Notes: generated by a model not told the origin, from the letters alone. 64,000 bases of DNA from Vulcanimicrobiota bacterium (GCA_963833095.1 CAWHWQ010000003.1:64001-128000), one strand, 5' to 3'; positions 33,948 through 43,653 are shown, counted from the first letter of the stretch. Program-made: numbers and translations.

Positions 33948-34885
33948 ATGAGCCCACAACAAGCCGCCACGCTACACGTCACCAACGGCGACGCCGTGGT
34001 CTATCTCTTTAAGAAAGCCGGAGTCGTGGGCACGCACGTGCCGTGGCGCGATATTTTGCACGAGGGCCCCGTGCCTGCCGGCGCTACGCTCGAGCAACTC
34101 AGCCGAGTTCGCGGCGAATATCTGGCCTCACGCGGCTTCGGCAAGCCGATCAAACTCTTGCACGATTTTTCCTCGCGCGACGCCACGCTTCGTCGCGCGC
34201 CCGAATTCTCCGAAGTGGTCTTGTGGTTCGAACACGATCTCTACGATCAATTGCAACTAGTGCAGGTGCTTGCCGAGCTCGATGCGATGGGTCTGGAGGC
34301 GGGGGCGTCAGCCTCGTGCAAAGCGACGTCTATCTGGGAAGCATGAGCGTGGATGAGTTGCTCGCACTGTATCCTCGGCGCAAAACGGTAAGTGCCGCGA
34401 CATTCGAGCAGGCGCGCGTCGCGTGGGATGCTCTGCGCGCAGAGGAGCCCGATGCGCTCCTCGCGTTCACGCAGCGCGACGCGCAAGGCCTGCCGCACTT
34501 GCGTAATGCGCTGCGCCGCTTATGCCAAGAGTATCCTTGGAGCGATGATGGTCTGTCTCGCTCGCAGCGCCACGCATTGCAAGCCGTCGCGCTCGGACCG
34601 ACGAATGCCGACGAACTTTTTCGGCGCGCGCAGTCGCGTGAAGAAGCGCCGTTCCTCGGCGATCTCGCCTTCGCGGCGATCGTGCGTGATTTGCAAAGCG
34701 GTCCCGCGCCGCTTATCGAGGGCGAAGATGGCGCGCTCGAGCCGACCGCGCGCGGCCGTTCGACTTTGGCCGGCGGCGAAGATTGGCTCGCGGTGCAGCC
34801 GCTGGATCGCTGGATCGGCGGCGTGCATCTCGCGACGGAGCACGCGTACCGATGGAACGACGACACCGGACGATTCGTGTCGTGA
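33948..34885 (+). CDS. DUF1835-like protein (one frameshift near 34300)
   Basis: 'LHVTNGD', 'WRDILHEGPV', 'VVLWFEHDLYDQLQL', 'GLSRS', 'FLGD', 'RWIGGV'. Confidence 0.75.
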
Positions 34886-35220
34886 CGCCGCGCGAGCTGA
34901 TCGAAGAATTGGTCGGCGCCTGGCAAAGCGGTGACGCGCATCGCGCTGCCGCATTTTTCGCACCGGATGCTGTGTATCACGAATCGGGCCAACAACCGAT
35001 CGTCGGACGCGCCGCGATTTTCGCGCACTTCGCGCGTTTTTTTCGCGATGGGCCCGCATGGCGCTTCGATATCGACGAGATGATCGTCGAGGGCGAGCAT
35101 GCAGCGGTCGGTTATCGTTTCGGTATAAATCGCGACGGTACGTGGACCACGAGCGGCGGTTGCGCTCTGGTGCATTGTAAAGAAAACCTTATTGCGCAAT
35201 GGCGCGAGTATCGCGGCTGA
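34882..35220 (+). CDS. NTF2/SnoaL-like protein
   Basis: 'AW..GD..AAFFAPDAVY..P..GRAAI', C-terminal 'WREY'. Confidence 0.8.
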   Translation: MTPRELIEELVGAWQSGDAHRAAAFFAPDAVYHESGQQPIVGRAAIFAHFARFFRDGPAWRFDIDEMIVEGEHAAVGYRFGINRDGTWTTSGGCALVHCKENLIAQWREYRG

Positions 35221-35365
35221 GGAGTGTTAGCTTTCCGAACGGTGCGACTGCAGGTGCACCCTGAGCCTGCGGTCGCCCTTAGTATGACGTAGAACTAGCG
35301 CGTCTGCTCGGGGCGTTAGCGGTCAAAGCTTCACTGAGCAACGTCAGCTAAGGATTAGAATTAAC

Positions 35366-35908
35366 TTGAACAGAGTACTTATGTCTCTACCGGCACTTGT
35401 GATGGCCGGAGTCTTCGCGGTGACAAGCCCGGCGATGGCAAGCAACCCAACCGCGAGCGGCACGCTCGCCGTGAGCGCCACGGTGGCGAGCTCGATCAGT
35501 ATGACTTTTGTAACCGACGCGTCGGGCATCGCGCTGGGCGGCTCGGGAACCAACGCTGCAACGCTCGCCTTTGGGTCGATTCAAGCCTACGGTGGAGTGG
35601 TTCCGACCGGCGCCACGCGCGTCGTCAACGGTACGACCAGTTTCACGTACAGCAGCCCGTTTGGCGTCAACGTCGCCGAAGAGAATTCGGCGAGCGCCAC
35701 CTATACGCTGGCTGCCCTGCTGAGCGCTACGAGCCCAGATACGTTCGCGGTCGATGCGGTTACACTTACGACCGCGTCGCAGACGATCACCGCAACCGGC
35801 GCCTACGGCGCCAACGCGACCCATACGCTTGCGCTAACGGTTCCGTTTAGCATCGCCAGCGGCACCGTGATCAATTCGAACGTGAATTTCACGGCCACCG
35901 CAAACTAA
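35366..35908 (+). CDS. Secreted pilin-like subunit 1
   Basis: Sec signal (..SPAMA); Ser/Thr/Ala-rich beta protein 'ASGTLAVSATV..ATLAFG'; C-terminal 'VNFTATAN'. Confidence 0.7.
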   Translation: MNRVLMSLPALVMAGVFAVTSPAMASNPTASGTLAVSATVASSISMTFVTDASGIALGGSGTNAATLAFGSIQAYGGVVPTGATRVVNGTTSFTYSSPFGVNVAEENSASATYTLAALLSATSPDTFAVDAVTLTTASQTITATGAYGANATHTLALTVPFSIASGTVINSNVNFTATAN

Positions 35909-35924
35909 AAGAGCGGTCGGGAGA

Positions 35925-35950
35925 GATACTCGCGCAATGGCGCGGGTATC
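35925..35950 (+). terminator. Hairpin after pilin-like gene 1
   Basis: GATACTCGCGC-AATG-GCGCGGGTATC; no clear U-tract. Confidence 0.4.
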
Positions 35951-36061
35951 GTGGCTAATGGTCATTCCTGGTTATAAACGCTTTTCATCGCGCGTAATCG
36001 TGTCGATTGTTCGCTTTGCGCGCGGTTCGACCGCAGAGGCACTAAAGGATCAATTCTTCTC

Positions 36062-36601
36062 TTGAACAGAGTTCGGATGTCTCTACCGGCAATCGTGATG
36101 GCCGGATTCCTCGCGGTCTCGAGTCCGGCACCCGCAGCGGTGAGAGCAAGCGGCGCGCTCAGCGTAAGTGCCACGGTGGCAAGCTCGATCGGTCTGACCT
36201 TCACCAGCTCCAGCACGGGCGTGACCTTGGGCGGCGCGGGCACGAGCGCAGCAACGATGGCTTTCGGCTCGATCTCTCCCCACGGCGGAACGATGCCGAC
36301 CGGCGCCAAGCGCGTCAATAACGGGACGACCAGCTACACCTACAGCAGTCCGTTCGACATCACGGTCACGGAGCAGAACTCGTCAAGCAGCTGCTATACG
36401 CTTGCTGCCTTGCTGAGCGCTTCGAGCACGGATACGTTCACCATCGATGCAGTGACACTCTCGACCACCTTGCAGACGATAACCGCAACCGGCGTCTATG
36501 CGAGGAGCGAACAACATACGCTTGCGCTGACGGTTCCGCTGAGCGTTGCGGGGGGCACTGCGATCAATGACACCGTGGATTTCACCGCGACCGCGAACTA
36601 A
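36062..36601 (+). CDS. Secreted pilin-like subunit 2 (paralogue)
   Basis: Colinear with subunit 1; ends 'VDFTATAN'. Confidence 0.7.
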   Translation: MNRVRMSLPAIVMAGFLAVSSPAPAAVRASGALSVSATVASSIGLTFTSSSTGVTLGGAGTSAATMAFGSISPHGGTMPTGAKRVNNGTTSYTYSSPFDITVTEQNSSSSCYTLAALLSASSTDTFTIDAVTLSTTLQTITATGVYARSEQHTLALTVPLSVAGGTAINDTVDFTATAN

Positions 36602-36634
36602 AAAAGCGTCTTTTATCGCACGAAAACCGCCGAC

Positions 36635-37320
36635 TGTTAGCTTTCCGAACGGTGCGACTGCAGGTGCACCCTGTGCCTGCGATCGCCCTTAGTATGAAGT
36701 AGAACTAGCGCGTCTGCTCAGGGCGTTAGCGGTCAAAGCTTCACTGAGCAACGTCAGCTAAGGATTAGAATTAACTTGAACAGAGTACTTATGTCTCTAC
36801 CGGCACTTGTGATGGCCGGAGTCTTCGCGGTGACAAGCCCGGCGATGGCAAGCAACCCAATCGCGAGCGGCACGCTCGCCGTGAGCGCCACGGTGGCGAG
36901 CTCGATCAGTATGACTTTTGTAACCGACGCGTCGGGCATCGCGCTGGGCGGCTCGGGAACCAACGCTGCGACGCTCGCCTTTGGGTCGATTCAAGCCTAC
37001 GGTGGAGTGGTTCCGACCGGCGCCACGCGCGTCGTCAACGGTACGACCAGTTTCACGTACAGCAGCCCGTTTGGCGTCAACGTCGCCGAAGAGAATTCGG
37101 CGAGCGCCACCTATACGCTGGCTGCCTTGTTGAGCGCGACGAGCCCGGACACATTTGCCGTCGACGCAGTTACCCTTTCGACCGCGTCTCAGACGATTAC
37201 CGCGACCGGCGTTTACGCTAGCAACGCGACCCACACGCTTGCGCTAACGGTACCGTTTAGCATCGCCAGCGGCACCGTGATCAATTCGAACGTGAATTTC
37301 ACGGCCACCGCAAACTAAAA
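36635..37320 (+). repeat. ~690-bp near-identical duplicate of 35225-35910 (leader plus pilin gene)
   Basis: Direct alignment at offset 1410 starting TGTTAGCTTTCCGAACGG. Confidence 0.95.
36776..37318 (+). CDS. Secreted pilin-like subunit 3 (near-identical to subunit 1)
   Basis: 180 aa, five substitutions relative to subunit 1; ends 'VNFTATAN'. Confidence 0.7.
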   Translation: MNRVLMSLPALVMAGVFAVTSPAMASNPIASGTLAVSATVASSISMTFVTDASGIALGGSGTNAATLAFGSIQAYGGVVPTGATRVVNGTTSFTYSSPFGVNVAEENSASATYTLAALLSATSPDTFAVDAVTLSTASQTITATGVYASNATHTLALTVPFSIASGTVINSNVNFTATAN

Positions 37321-37386
37321 GGCGCTCGCTTGCGAGGAAGCCGGCGCAGGCTGCGCCGGTTATATCCGCCAACATGGAGTCAATCT

Positions 37387-38403
37387 ATGGGTCGCCAATG
37401 CGCAATAACACTGCTCTTGGCGCTCCTTCTTGGCGGAGTGGGGCGGGCTGCTCCCGTTGCGCCATCGTCGCAAAGCACCGAGCTCATCCTTCAGGTCGGC
37501 GTCACCACGACGATCGCGCTGGTGCTCCTAACCAGTAGCGGCGGCTGCCCGCTGGTCAACTCGAATTCGAACGCGACGGCCATCGACCTCGGCCAGGCAA
37601 GCTTGAGCACCTATACGTCGTGCGCTAGCTACTCGAGCGGTCGCACCTATCAACTCTCAACGAGTCTGAGCGCCGAAGCGACCTGCTCGGGAACGTGCAC
37701 CAATTGGAACCTGAGCGCGCGCCTCAACTCCGCGGCGCAGGCGGGCACAACCTGGTTTGTTGGAACCTCCAATCTCACCACCACCAATCAGACGATTGGG
37801 AGTAACCTTTCCTACGGGTCGCTCCAAAACGGACCGGTCCAACTTACCGTCAATACGTCGACTGCCCCGACCGGCGCGCTCCAGCAGGGGATCACAATAA
37901 CAGCCACAGCAAACGGCGTAGCCGCGACGGCAAGCGCGACGCTGAACCTCGAGGAAATCAACCAGCCCGGAATCTCAATCTTTCTCGCGGCGGATGCGAG
38001 CGGTGCTCCCGTCACCGGCGGCGCCTTCAATGCGGCGCTGGATTTTGGTACGGTTTCAGCCGCCGGATCACTGCCAACCGGCGTGACGCGCCCGACGGTG
38101 ACCGCGTCGTCGTTCACGGTTGCGACGATCGTCGACATCGATGTAGAGAAGGGCGGCTATACGAGCAGCAACTACACGATGCGCGCGGCGCTAGGCGCGG
38201 CCGCGCCCACCGGACTGACGTATTTGGCAAATGGCGTGACGCTTACGACGTCCGCGCAGACGATTACCAGTACGGGAGCCTATAACACCAATCAAGCCTA
38301 CGCGTTGGACATCGTAATCAAGACGGCGGCACCCGCATCGGGTGGTCCAACCGTCGGTACGCTGCTCTCCGACACGATCGACTTTACGGCGACGGCGAAC
38401 TAG
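37387..38403 (+). CDS. Two-domain pilin-like protein (candidate tip adhesin)
   Basis: GGAG RBS, signal peptide; Cys-containing domain 1 ends 'ITITATAN'; domain 2 is homologous to subunits 1-3 and ends 'IDFTATAN'. Confidence 0.65.
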   Translation: MGRQCAITLLLALLLGGVGRAAPVAPSSQSTELILQVGVTTTIALVLLTSSGGCPLVNSNSNATAIDLGQASLSTYTSCASYSSGRTYQLSTSLSAEATCSGTCTNWNLSARLNSAAQAGTTWFVGTSNLTTTNQTIGSNLSYGSLQNGPVQLTVNTSTAPTGALQQGITITATANGVAATASATLNLEEINQPGISIFLAADASGAPVTGGAFNAALDFGTVSAAGSLPTGVTRPTVTASSFTVATIVDIDVEKGGYTSSNYTMRAALGAAAPTGLTYLANGVTLTTSAQTITSTGAYNTNQAYALDIVIKTAAPASGGPTVGTLLSDTIDFTATAN

Positions 38404-38900
38404 TGCGCAAGATCTGTTTCGTTCTGGCTTCATTGCTGCTTCTCGGGGCGGCAAAGTCGGCCGCCGGAATGCCCGCAACGAGCGGCTCGATTGCGGTGGC
38501 CGTGGTGCAACTTCCCGAGGGTGCAATTATTGCAGGGGCGGCAGGTACGGCGATCGCCGAACTCGGCACCGTTTCTTCGAATGTGCGCACTACGAGCCCG
38601 GGCGTTGCGATCGTCCGGCGCGCCACGTCGTACGTCGTGGTCACGCTCATTGGACTGCGCGCGACGAGCTCAGGTGCGCTTGGGACGGTCGCACTTGCGG
38701 CATATCTCAGCGCTCCGATTCCGGGCGTTTCCGTGCGGCTCGACGGGGTCGATCTCTCCACCTTTCCGCAGCTCTTTGCCGCGCACGTTCCACTGAACGT
38801 CGTTTCGCGTCACAAGCTCGAGCTCGAAATTCCCAACGGCATGAGCCCGCAACTAATTCCGTCCCAAATTCCGCTCGAATTTCAGGCACAGGAAGAATAA
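38403..38900 (+). CDS. Secreted minor pilin-like protein
   Basis: Signal peptide; 'TSGSIAVAV..AELGTVS..VRLDGVDLST..HKLELEIP' parallels the subunit pattern. Confidence 0.55.
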   Translation: MRKICFVLASLLLLGAAKSAAGMPATSGSIAVAVVQLPEGAIIAGAAGTAIAELGTVSSNVRTTSPGVAIVRRATSYVVVTLIGLRATSSGALGTVALAAYLSAPIPGVSVRLDGVDLSTFPQLFAAHVPLNVVSRHKLELEIPNGMSPQLIPSQIPLEFQAQEE

Positions 38901-38902
38901 TC

Positions 38903-39670
38903 ATGAAATTTGCGGCCGCATTGTTGTTCGTACTCGCTACGACGGCGCAATCGCTCGCTCAGAGCGCGCCGAGCCTCTCACTCTCGCCGTCGGTCGTGAT
39001 CCTCAAGGCGACGTTCGGGCAAACGATTAAACAATCGATCGGGCTCAACAACGGCACCGGCCAAGGCCTCGATTTCGAAATGATCGCCGACGACGTGGTC
39101 GTCAAGAACGGGAAACGCGTATTCGTCGCGGCCGGGGAACTGCCGCATTCGATCGCTGCCACGGCGGTGTTCTCCGAGCGGTCCGGGCACGTCGCGCCCG
39201 GCTCGAGCCAGGCGATTCAAGTACTCCTGACGATCCCAGACCAAACCACGATCCGTGCAGTAGCGATTTACTTCCGTTCCAAGCACGTAGCTGTCGAACA
39301 TGGCACTGTTTCGATCACGGCTACCGTGGGAGCGTTGATTACCTTTATTCTGAGCGACAACGCGGTCGTGCAGGCCGATCCCGTTCGCGTGCATGCGGCG
39401 ACCGCGAGCGAGAACTTGAAGATCGTCGAAGCGCTCAAGAACACGGGCAGCGAGCCGGTCGTGCCTGACGGCGTTGCCGCCTTCCTCGACGCGAGCGGTT
39501 CGCTCGTGGCCAAGATTCCTTTTCAATCCCAGCGGTTATTACCGGGCGAACGTCTCGATTTCTCCGCCGAGTACGCCGGACGTTTGAAACCCGGCACCTA
39601 TCGCGTCCTCTGCACGTTTTCGTATGAAGGCAAGGCGTTGACGAACAGCGCGGAGATGCGAGTGCGTTGA
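38903..39670 (+). CDS. Periplasmic two-Ig-domain chaperone-like protein (PapD/DUF916-like)
   Basis: Signal peptide; 'LSLSPS..G..IGLNN', 'VAPGSSQ.IQVLLTIP', 'LKNTG', 'LLPGE', 'LKPGTY'. Confidence 0.6.
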   Translation: MKFAAALLFVLATTAQSLAQSAPSLSLSPSVVILKATFGQTIKQSIGLNNGTGQGLDFEMIADDVVVKNGKRVFVAAGELPHSIAATAVFSERSGHVAPGSSQAIQVLLTIPDQTTIRAVAIYFRSKHVAVEHGTVSITATVGALITFILSDNAVVQADPVRVHAATASENLKIVEALKNTGSEPVVPDGVAAFLDASGSLVAKIPFQSQRLLPGERLDFSAEYAGRLKPGTYRVLCTFSYEGKALTNSAEMRVR

Positions 39671-42318
39671 AATATCTCGCCGCGACGCTGCTGATCCTGG
39701 CGCTTCTCGTGCCCAGGAGCGTTACGGCGCAAGAGATGTTAACCGTCGCCTACGACAAAACAATACATCTCAGCGTGCCGGGAGCGACCTCGGCCTATGC
39801 GGTGAATCCGTCGATTGTGGAAGCCGGCATTGTCGGCGGTACGGTTGCGATCCGCGGCGTCGGCACCGGCGTGACCAGCGTCGTCGTCTTGATCGGCGGC
39901 GGAGCGGTAACGACTTTCGCAGTGACCGTGACGGGTGCACCCGTGGTGGAGCTTGGCATTGGCGGAGCGGCAGCGCGTTTTTCCGCGGGCGGAAGCTACA
40001 ACGGCACGTACAACTCCGAGGCCGGGTCCGTGACTAACGCGTTCGATCTGTGGCAGCAAGAGGGACAGACTTTTCGGCAGGTGCTCGTAACGGAGGCGAC
40101 GTTCTTGTCGCCGAGCGCAGGACAAGCCGGCAGTGGCTTCCCCGTGCTCAGCTACGAAATCAGCCGGCCCGGGCAGCGAATCGTCTTTCTCGACGATGTC
40201 GTGACGATCTCGCCGTTGACGTTTAACGAATCGCTCGTTCGCGGGTTCCACCTTCAACAAGGCCCGTGGACGTTCCATATCGGCGCCTCGTCGGTCGGCG
40301 TCTTCGGCTCGTACTTCATTCCTACCAATCCGCAGTGGATAGGCGGTGTGACGCGCGCGTTCAAAATCTCTAGCAGCAGCATGATCTCGGCGAACCTTTA
40401 CGATATCGTGAACGCTCCCGGCCTGGTCAGTTCCACGAACGGCGGCGTCATCGGCTCGCTGCTCTATACCTATCAACCTCAACCGCATTTCATCGTACAG
40501 GCCGAAGTTGGCCTGAGCCGCGCGATCGGCTTTGATTTTTCGACGGTCTATGACGATCGCAAGCAGCACGGCGATGCATCGCTGGTTGCGAAGCCGGCAA
40601 CGTTCGCGTCGCTTGCGACTGACGCTCAACAAGGGTTGTTCGGTAACGCCGATTACAGCCGAACGTTCAGCGACGCGCTCAATGTCAACGCAACGGTCTC
40701 AAAGAGCGATTACAACCTCCCGACGTTTCATGAGAATTCGCTTACCAGCCAGGGGAACGCGAACTATCGGCTCAAAGGAGACTTCTCGGTCGGCGCTGGC
40801 GTGCTCTACTCGAGCTTCGATTCGATCTATCCAACCGTCTTTAACGTACGGACGCTGGCGATTCCGCTCTCGATCGCTTATAACGGCAAGCATTTTGTAG
40901 CGGGCCTTCAGGATCAGCCGACGAGCGACTTTCAGGGAACGCGCGCTAACGGTTACGGTGCCAACGTCGGGCTAAACTACCCGCGTTTCCAAATCAGCGC
41001 GCTCTACCAGCACAGTGTCGATATCCCGACGGTGTCATCGCTGTTCAACCAGGTTCCGGGATTGCAAGGTGCTCTTGAACAAGCCGGGATTACGATCACC
41101 AACCCGTCGCAGCTTGCCGCCCTGCTCAACAATACTGCGTTGCTCGCCAGCTTGGGTTTCACCGGGCTGGAGTTGAACGTCGCGCCGGCCCAAAACAACA
41201 TCGGAGCCAACATAAACTGGCTTTTCCCGGGAAAATCGCGAGGGGAGCTAAGCTTGAGTTTCCTGAACAGCGATGCGCAGCTTACCCAGGGAGCGTTCGA
41301 TTTCCGCCTCGCGACGCTGACGTATCTACGCCGGCTGAACGCCTCAACCGATATGACGGCGTCCGTGACGACCCTGCGCAGCAGCGAGTATTCGTCGGCC
41401 GCGGGATCAGGCCGGAGCGCACCGTCGGTCAGCTCGCAGGTGTCCTACGGTCTAACGTTTTCGCACCGCTTCTCGTCGGTTCCGGCGTTTCTCTTCCCAA
41501 CCCGACGCGGCAACATCGACGGCTATGTCTTTCGTGACGACGATTCGAGCGGGAGATTCTCGACCAGCACGCCGGGTATCGGCGGGGTGGAGGTAAAGCT
41601 CGATGGTGAGCGTTCGACGCGTACCGACTCGGCCGGGCACTACACCTTCGCCGGCGTTCCTTATGGCACGCATCAGGTGGAAGCGCAGATTCCGAGCACG
41701 GCGCCTTCCTACTTCACGACGGAGTCGCCCGCGTTGGCGCAGATCGGAAGCCGAGTCGATTTCGGCGTGAATTCCGTGCAGGGGAAAATCATCGGGGACA
41801 TCGTCAATGACGCGGGCCAAGGGATTGGCGGTGTTGTCCTTGCGATCCAAGGGTCAAAGCTAAGTGCCACGACCGGAAGTGACGGCGAGTTCGCGTTCGA
41901 GGGCGTCGGCCCGGGCCACTACACCGTAGCGGCTTCGCCGGACTCGTTTCCAACGGGATACGATCTTTCAAGCTTGTCGACGATGACAACCGACGTTACA
42001 ACCGGAGTACCCAAGCCGTTGACGCTGTCGGTTCGCGCGCTGCGCAGTGTCTCCGGCACGGTCACGATGTTCGATCCACGCCACTCGAAGCTTGCGCCGG
42101 CAGCCGGAATCGAAGTGTCAATTCCGCAGCTCAACATCGTTTCGAAGACGGACGGCAACGGCGTGTACGCGCTTCGCAATCTGCCGGCGGGTTCGTATAC
42201 GGTCCAAGTCGGTCATGGATCGTCGGCGCAGCGCCGCGCGATCTCGCTACCATCCGATCCGACGACCTTGACCGCTGTCGATTTCCGCGTGACCGCGGAG
42301 CAACTCCCGCACCGTTAG
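39667..42318 (+). CDS. Usher-like outer-membrane protein: N-terminal RcpA/CpaC-type domain, beta-barrel, C-terminal SdrD-B/carboxypeptidase-regulatory-like domains
   Basis: 'LTVAYDKT..NPSIVEA..IRGVGTGVTSVVV'; many amphipathic strands; 'IDGYVFRDDD..GIGGVEVKL..TDSAGHYTF', 'TDGNGVYALRNLPAGSY'. Confidence 0.6.
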   Translation: MKYLAATLLILALLVPRSVTAQEMLTVAYDKTIHLSVPGATSAYAVNPSIVEAGIVGGTVAIRGVGTGVTSVVVLIGGGAVTTFAVTVTGAPVVELGIGGAAARFSAGGSYNGTYNSEAGSVTNAFDLWQQEGQTFRQVLVTEATFLSPSAGQAGSGFPVLSYEISRPGQRIVFLDDVVTISPLTFNESLVRGFHLQQGPWTFHIGASSVGVFGSYFIPTNPQWIGGVTRAFKISSSSMISANLYDIVNAPGLVSSTNGGVIGSLLYTYQPQPHFIVQAEVGLSRAIGFDFSTVYDDRKQHGDASLVAKPATFASLATDAQQGLFGNADYSRTFSDALNVNATVSKSDYNLPTFHENSLTSQGNANYRLKGDFSVGAGVLYSSFDSIYPTVFNVRTLAIPLSIAYNGKHFVAGLQDQPTSDFQGTRANGYGANVGLNYPRFQISALYQHSVDIPTVSSLFNQVPGLQGALEQAGITITNPSQLAALLNNTALLASLGFTGLELNVAPAQNNIGANINWLFPGKSRGELSLSFLNSDAQLTQGAFDFRLATLTYLRRLNASTDMTASVTTLRSSEYSSAAGSGRSAPSVSSQVSYGLTFSHRFSSVPAFLFPTRRGNIDGYVFRDDDSSGRFSTSTPGIGGVEVKLDGERSTRTDSAGHYTFAGVPYGTHQVEAQIPSTAPSYFTTESPALAQIGSRVDFGVNSVQGKIIGDIVNDAGQGIGGVVLAIQGSKLSATTGSDGEFAFEGVGPGHYTVAASPDSFPTGYDLSSLSTMTTDVTTGVPKPLTLSVRALRSVSGTVTMFDPRHSKLAPAAGIEVSIPQLNIVSKTDGNGVYALRNLPAGSYTVQVGHGSSAQRRAISLPSDPTTLTAVDFRVTAEQLPHR

Positions 42319-43565
42319 CTTTGCACGGACGATGAATACGCTTCGTCCAGCAGTTCGACGATGTGCTTGACCGTCGCTGGAATGCCGGCGGCGCGTAAGC
42401 CCGCAGCGACTTGCATCGCGCAACCGGGATTGGCCGTGGCAACGATCGTCGCGCCGGTTGCCTCGATGTTGCCGACCTTGCGCGCTTGGAGGCGCTGCGC
42501 CATGTCGGGTTCGGTGAGATTGTAGATACCGGCGCTGCCGCAGCAGACGGCGCTTTCATTCATCTCCACTAACTCGAGGCCGGGGATCTTTTCCAGCAGC
42601 CGGCGCGGCGCGGCGCTGACGCGTTGCGCGTGTACGAGATGGCACGGCTCCTGGTAGGTGACACGCGCATCGATTCGCCCGCGCGGGCTCGATAACTCCA
42701 TCGCGTCGAGCACCTCGGTAATATCGCGCACGCGAGAGGAAAAGGCTTGCGCGCGCTCTCGCCACGCAGGGTCGTCGTCGAGCCACGCGCCGTACTCCTT
42801 GAGCGCGCTACCGCAGCCGGCGGCGTTGACCACGTAGACGTCGGCGCCACTGCGTTCGTACGCAGCAATATTCACACGCGCGAGCTCGCGCGCGAATTCC
42901 GGGTCACCCGCATGGATGGCCAGTGCGCCGCAACAGCCTTGCGCGCGCGGAACGACCACCGAGAGATGTGCGCGATTGAGCATGCGGACCGTCGCTTCGT
43001 GTACATTGGCAAAGGCCACCTGCATCACGCAACCGGTATGCAGCATGGCCGTACCGGCAGCACGCGAGACCGCATACTGCTGATCCTCGGGGGCAAAGAA
43101 ACGATCGGAGATTTGCGGTGCAAGACGGACGCTGTCGCGCAGACCAACGAGCGACGCAAGCGCAGTGAGGCCGGTGCGCTGCGCGAAACGCAGCAGCGAC
43201 GCCGCGCCGCGCAGGCGCGACGGCTTCGCGAAAAGCCATTGGAGTAGGATGTGGCGTGTCGTGCGCGCGCTCGCCGAGCGCGACGGGGCGCTTGCGCGCT
43301 CGATTCGGGCCCGCATTTCTTCGAGCATTGGCCCGTAGGGAACGGCCGACGGGCAGACGGCCTGACAGGCACGGCAGTCCAAGCATTCCGACATTTGCTC
43401 GACAAACCCAGGGCTGAGCAGATCGAGCTCGCCTTCGTCGACCGCCTTGATCAGACTAATCCGACCGCGAGGGCCGGAGGTTTCTGTCATAGTCTCCAGG
43501 TACGTCGGGCAGGCCGGAAGGCATAATCCGCACCGAACGCACGCTTCGTAACCCGTCATCGCCAT
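42315..43565 (-). CDS. glcF: Glycolate oxidase iron-sulfur subunit-like protein (4Fe-4S plus CCG domains)
   Basis: 'CVRCGLCLPACPTY', 'CLDCRACQAVCPS', 'CCGAL..HAG', 'NAAGCG', 'CHLVHAQ', 'CCGSAGIYN', 'ANPGC'. Confidence 0.85.
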   Translation of the reverse strand: MAMTGYEACVRCGLCLPACPTYLETMTETSGPRGRISLIKAVDEGELDLLSPGFVEQMSECLDCRACQAVCPSAVPYGPMLEEMRARIERASAPSRSASARTTRHILLQWLFAKPSRLRGAASLLRFAQRTGLTALASLVGLRDSVRLAPQISDRFFAPEDQQYAVSRAAGTAMLHTGCVMQVAFANVHEATVRMLNRAHLSVVVPRAQGCCGALAIHAGDPEFARELARVNIAAYERSGADVYVVNAAGCGSALKEYGAWLDDDPAWRERAQAFSSRVRDITEVLDAMELSSPRGRIDARVTYQEPCHLVHAQRVSAAPRRLLEKIPGLELVEMNESAVCCGSAGIYNLTEPDMAQRLQARKVGNIEATGATIVATANPGCAMQVAAGLRAAGIPATVKHIVELLDEAYSSSVQS

Positions 43566-43653
43566 CCTAATCACCAGCGCCAAGGGCCATCCCCTGCATG
43601 AGCGTGGATTCCCAGCGCGAAGGGTTAGGGTCACTATCTGGAGGTACACCTTC

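Noticed and set aside
35366..37318. Diversity-generating retroelement template/variable repeat pair
   Set aside because: Differences are mostly synonymous and not adenine-specific; no reverse transcriptase is present
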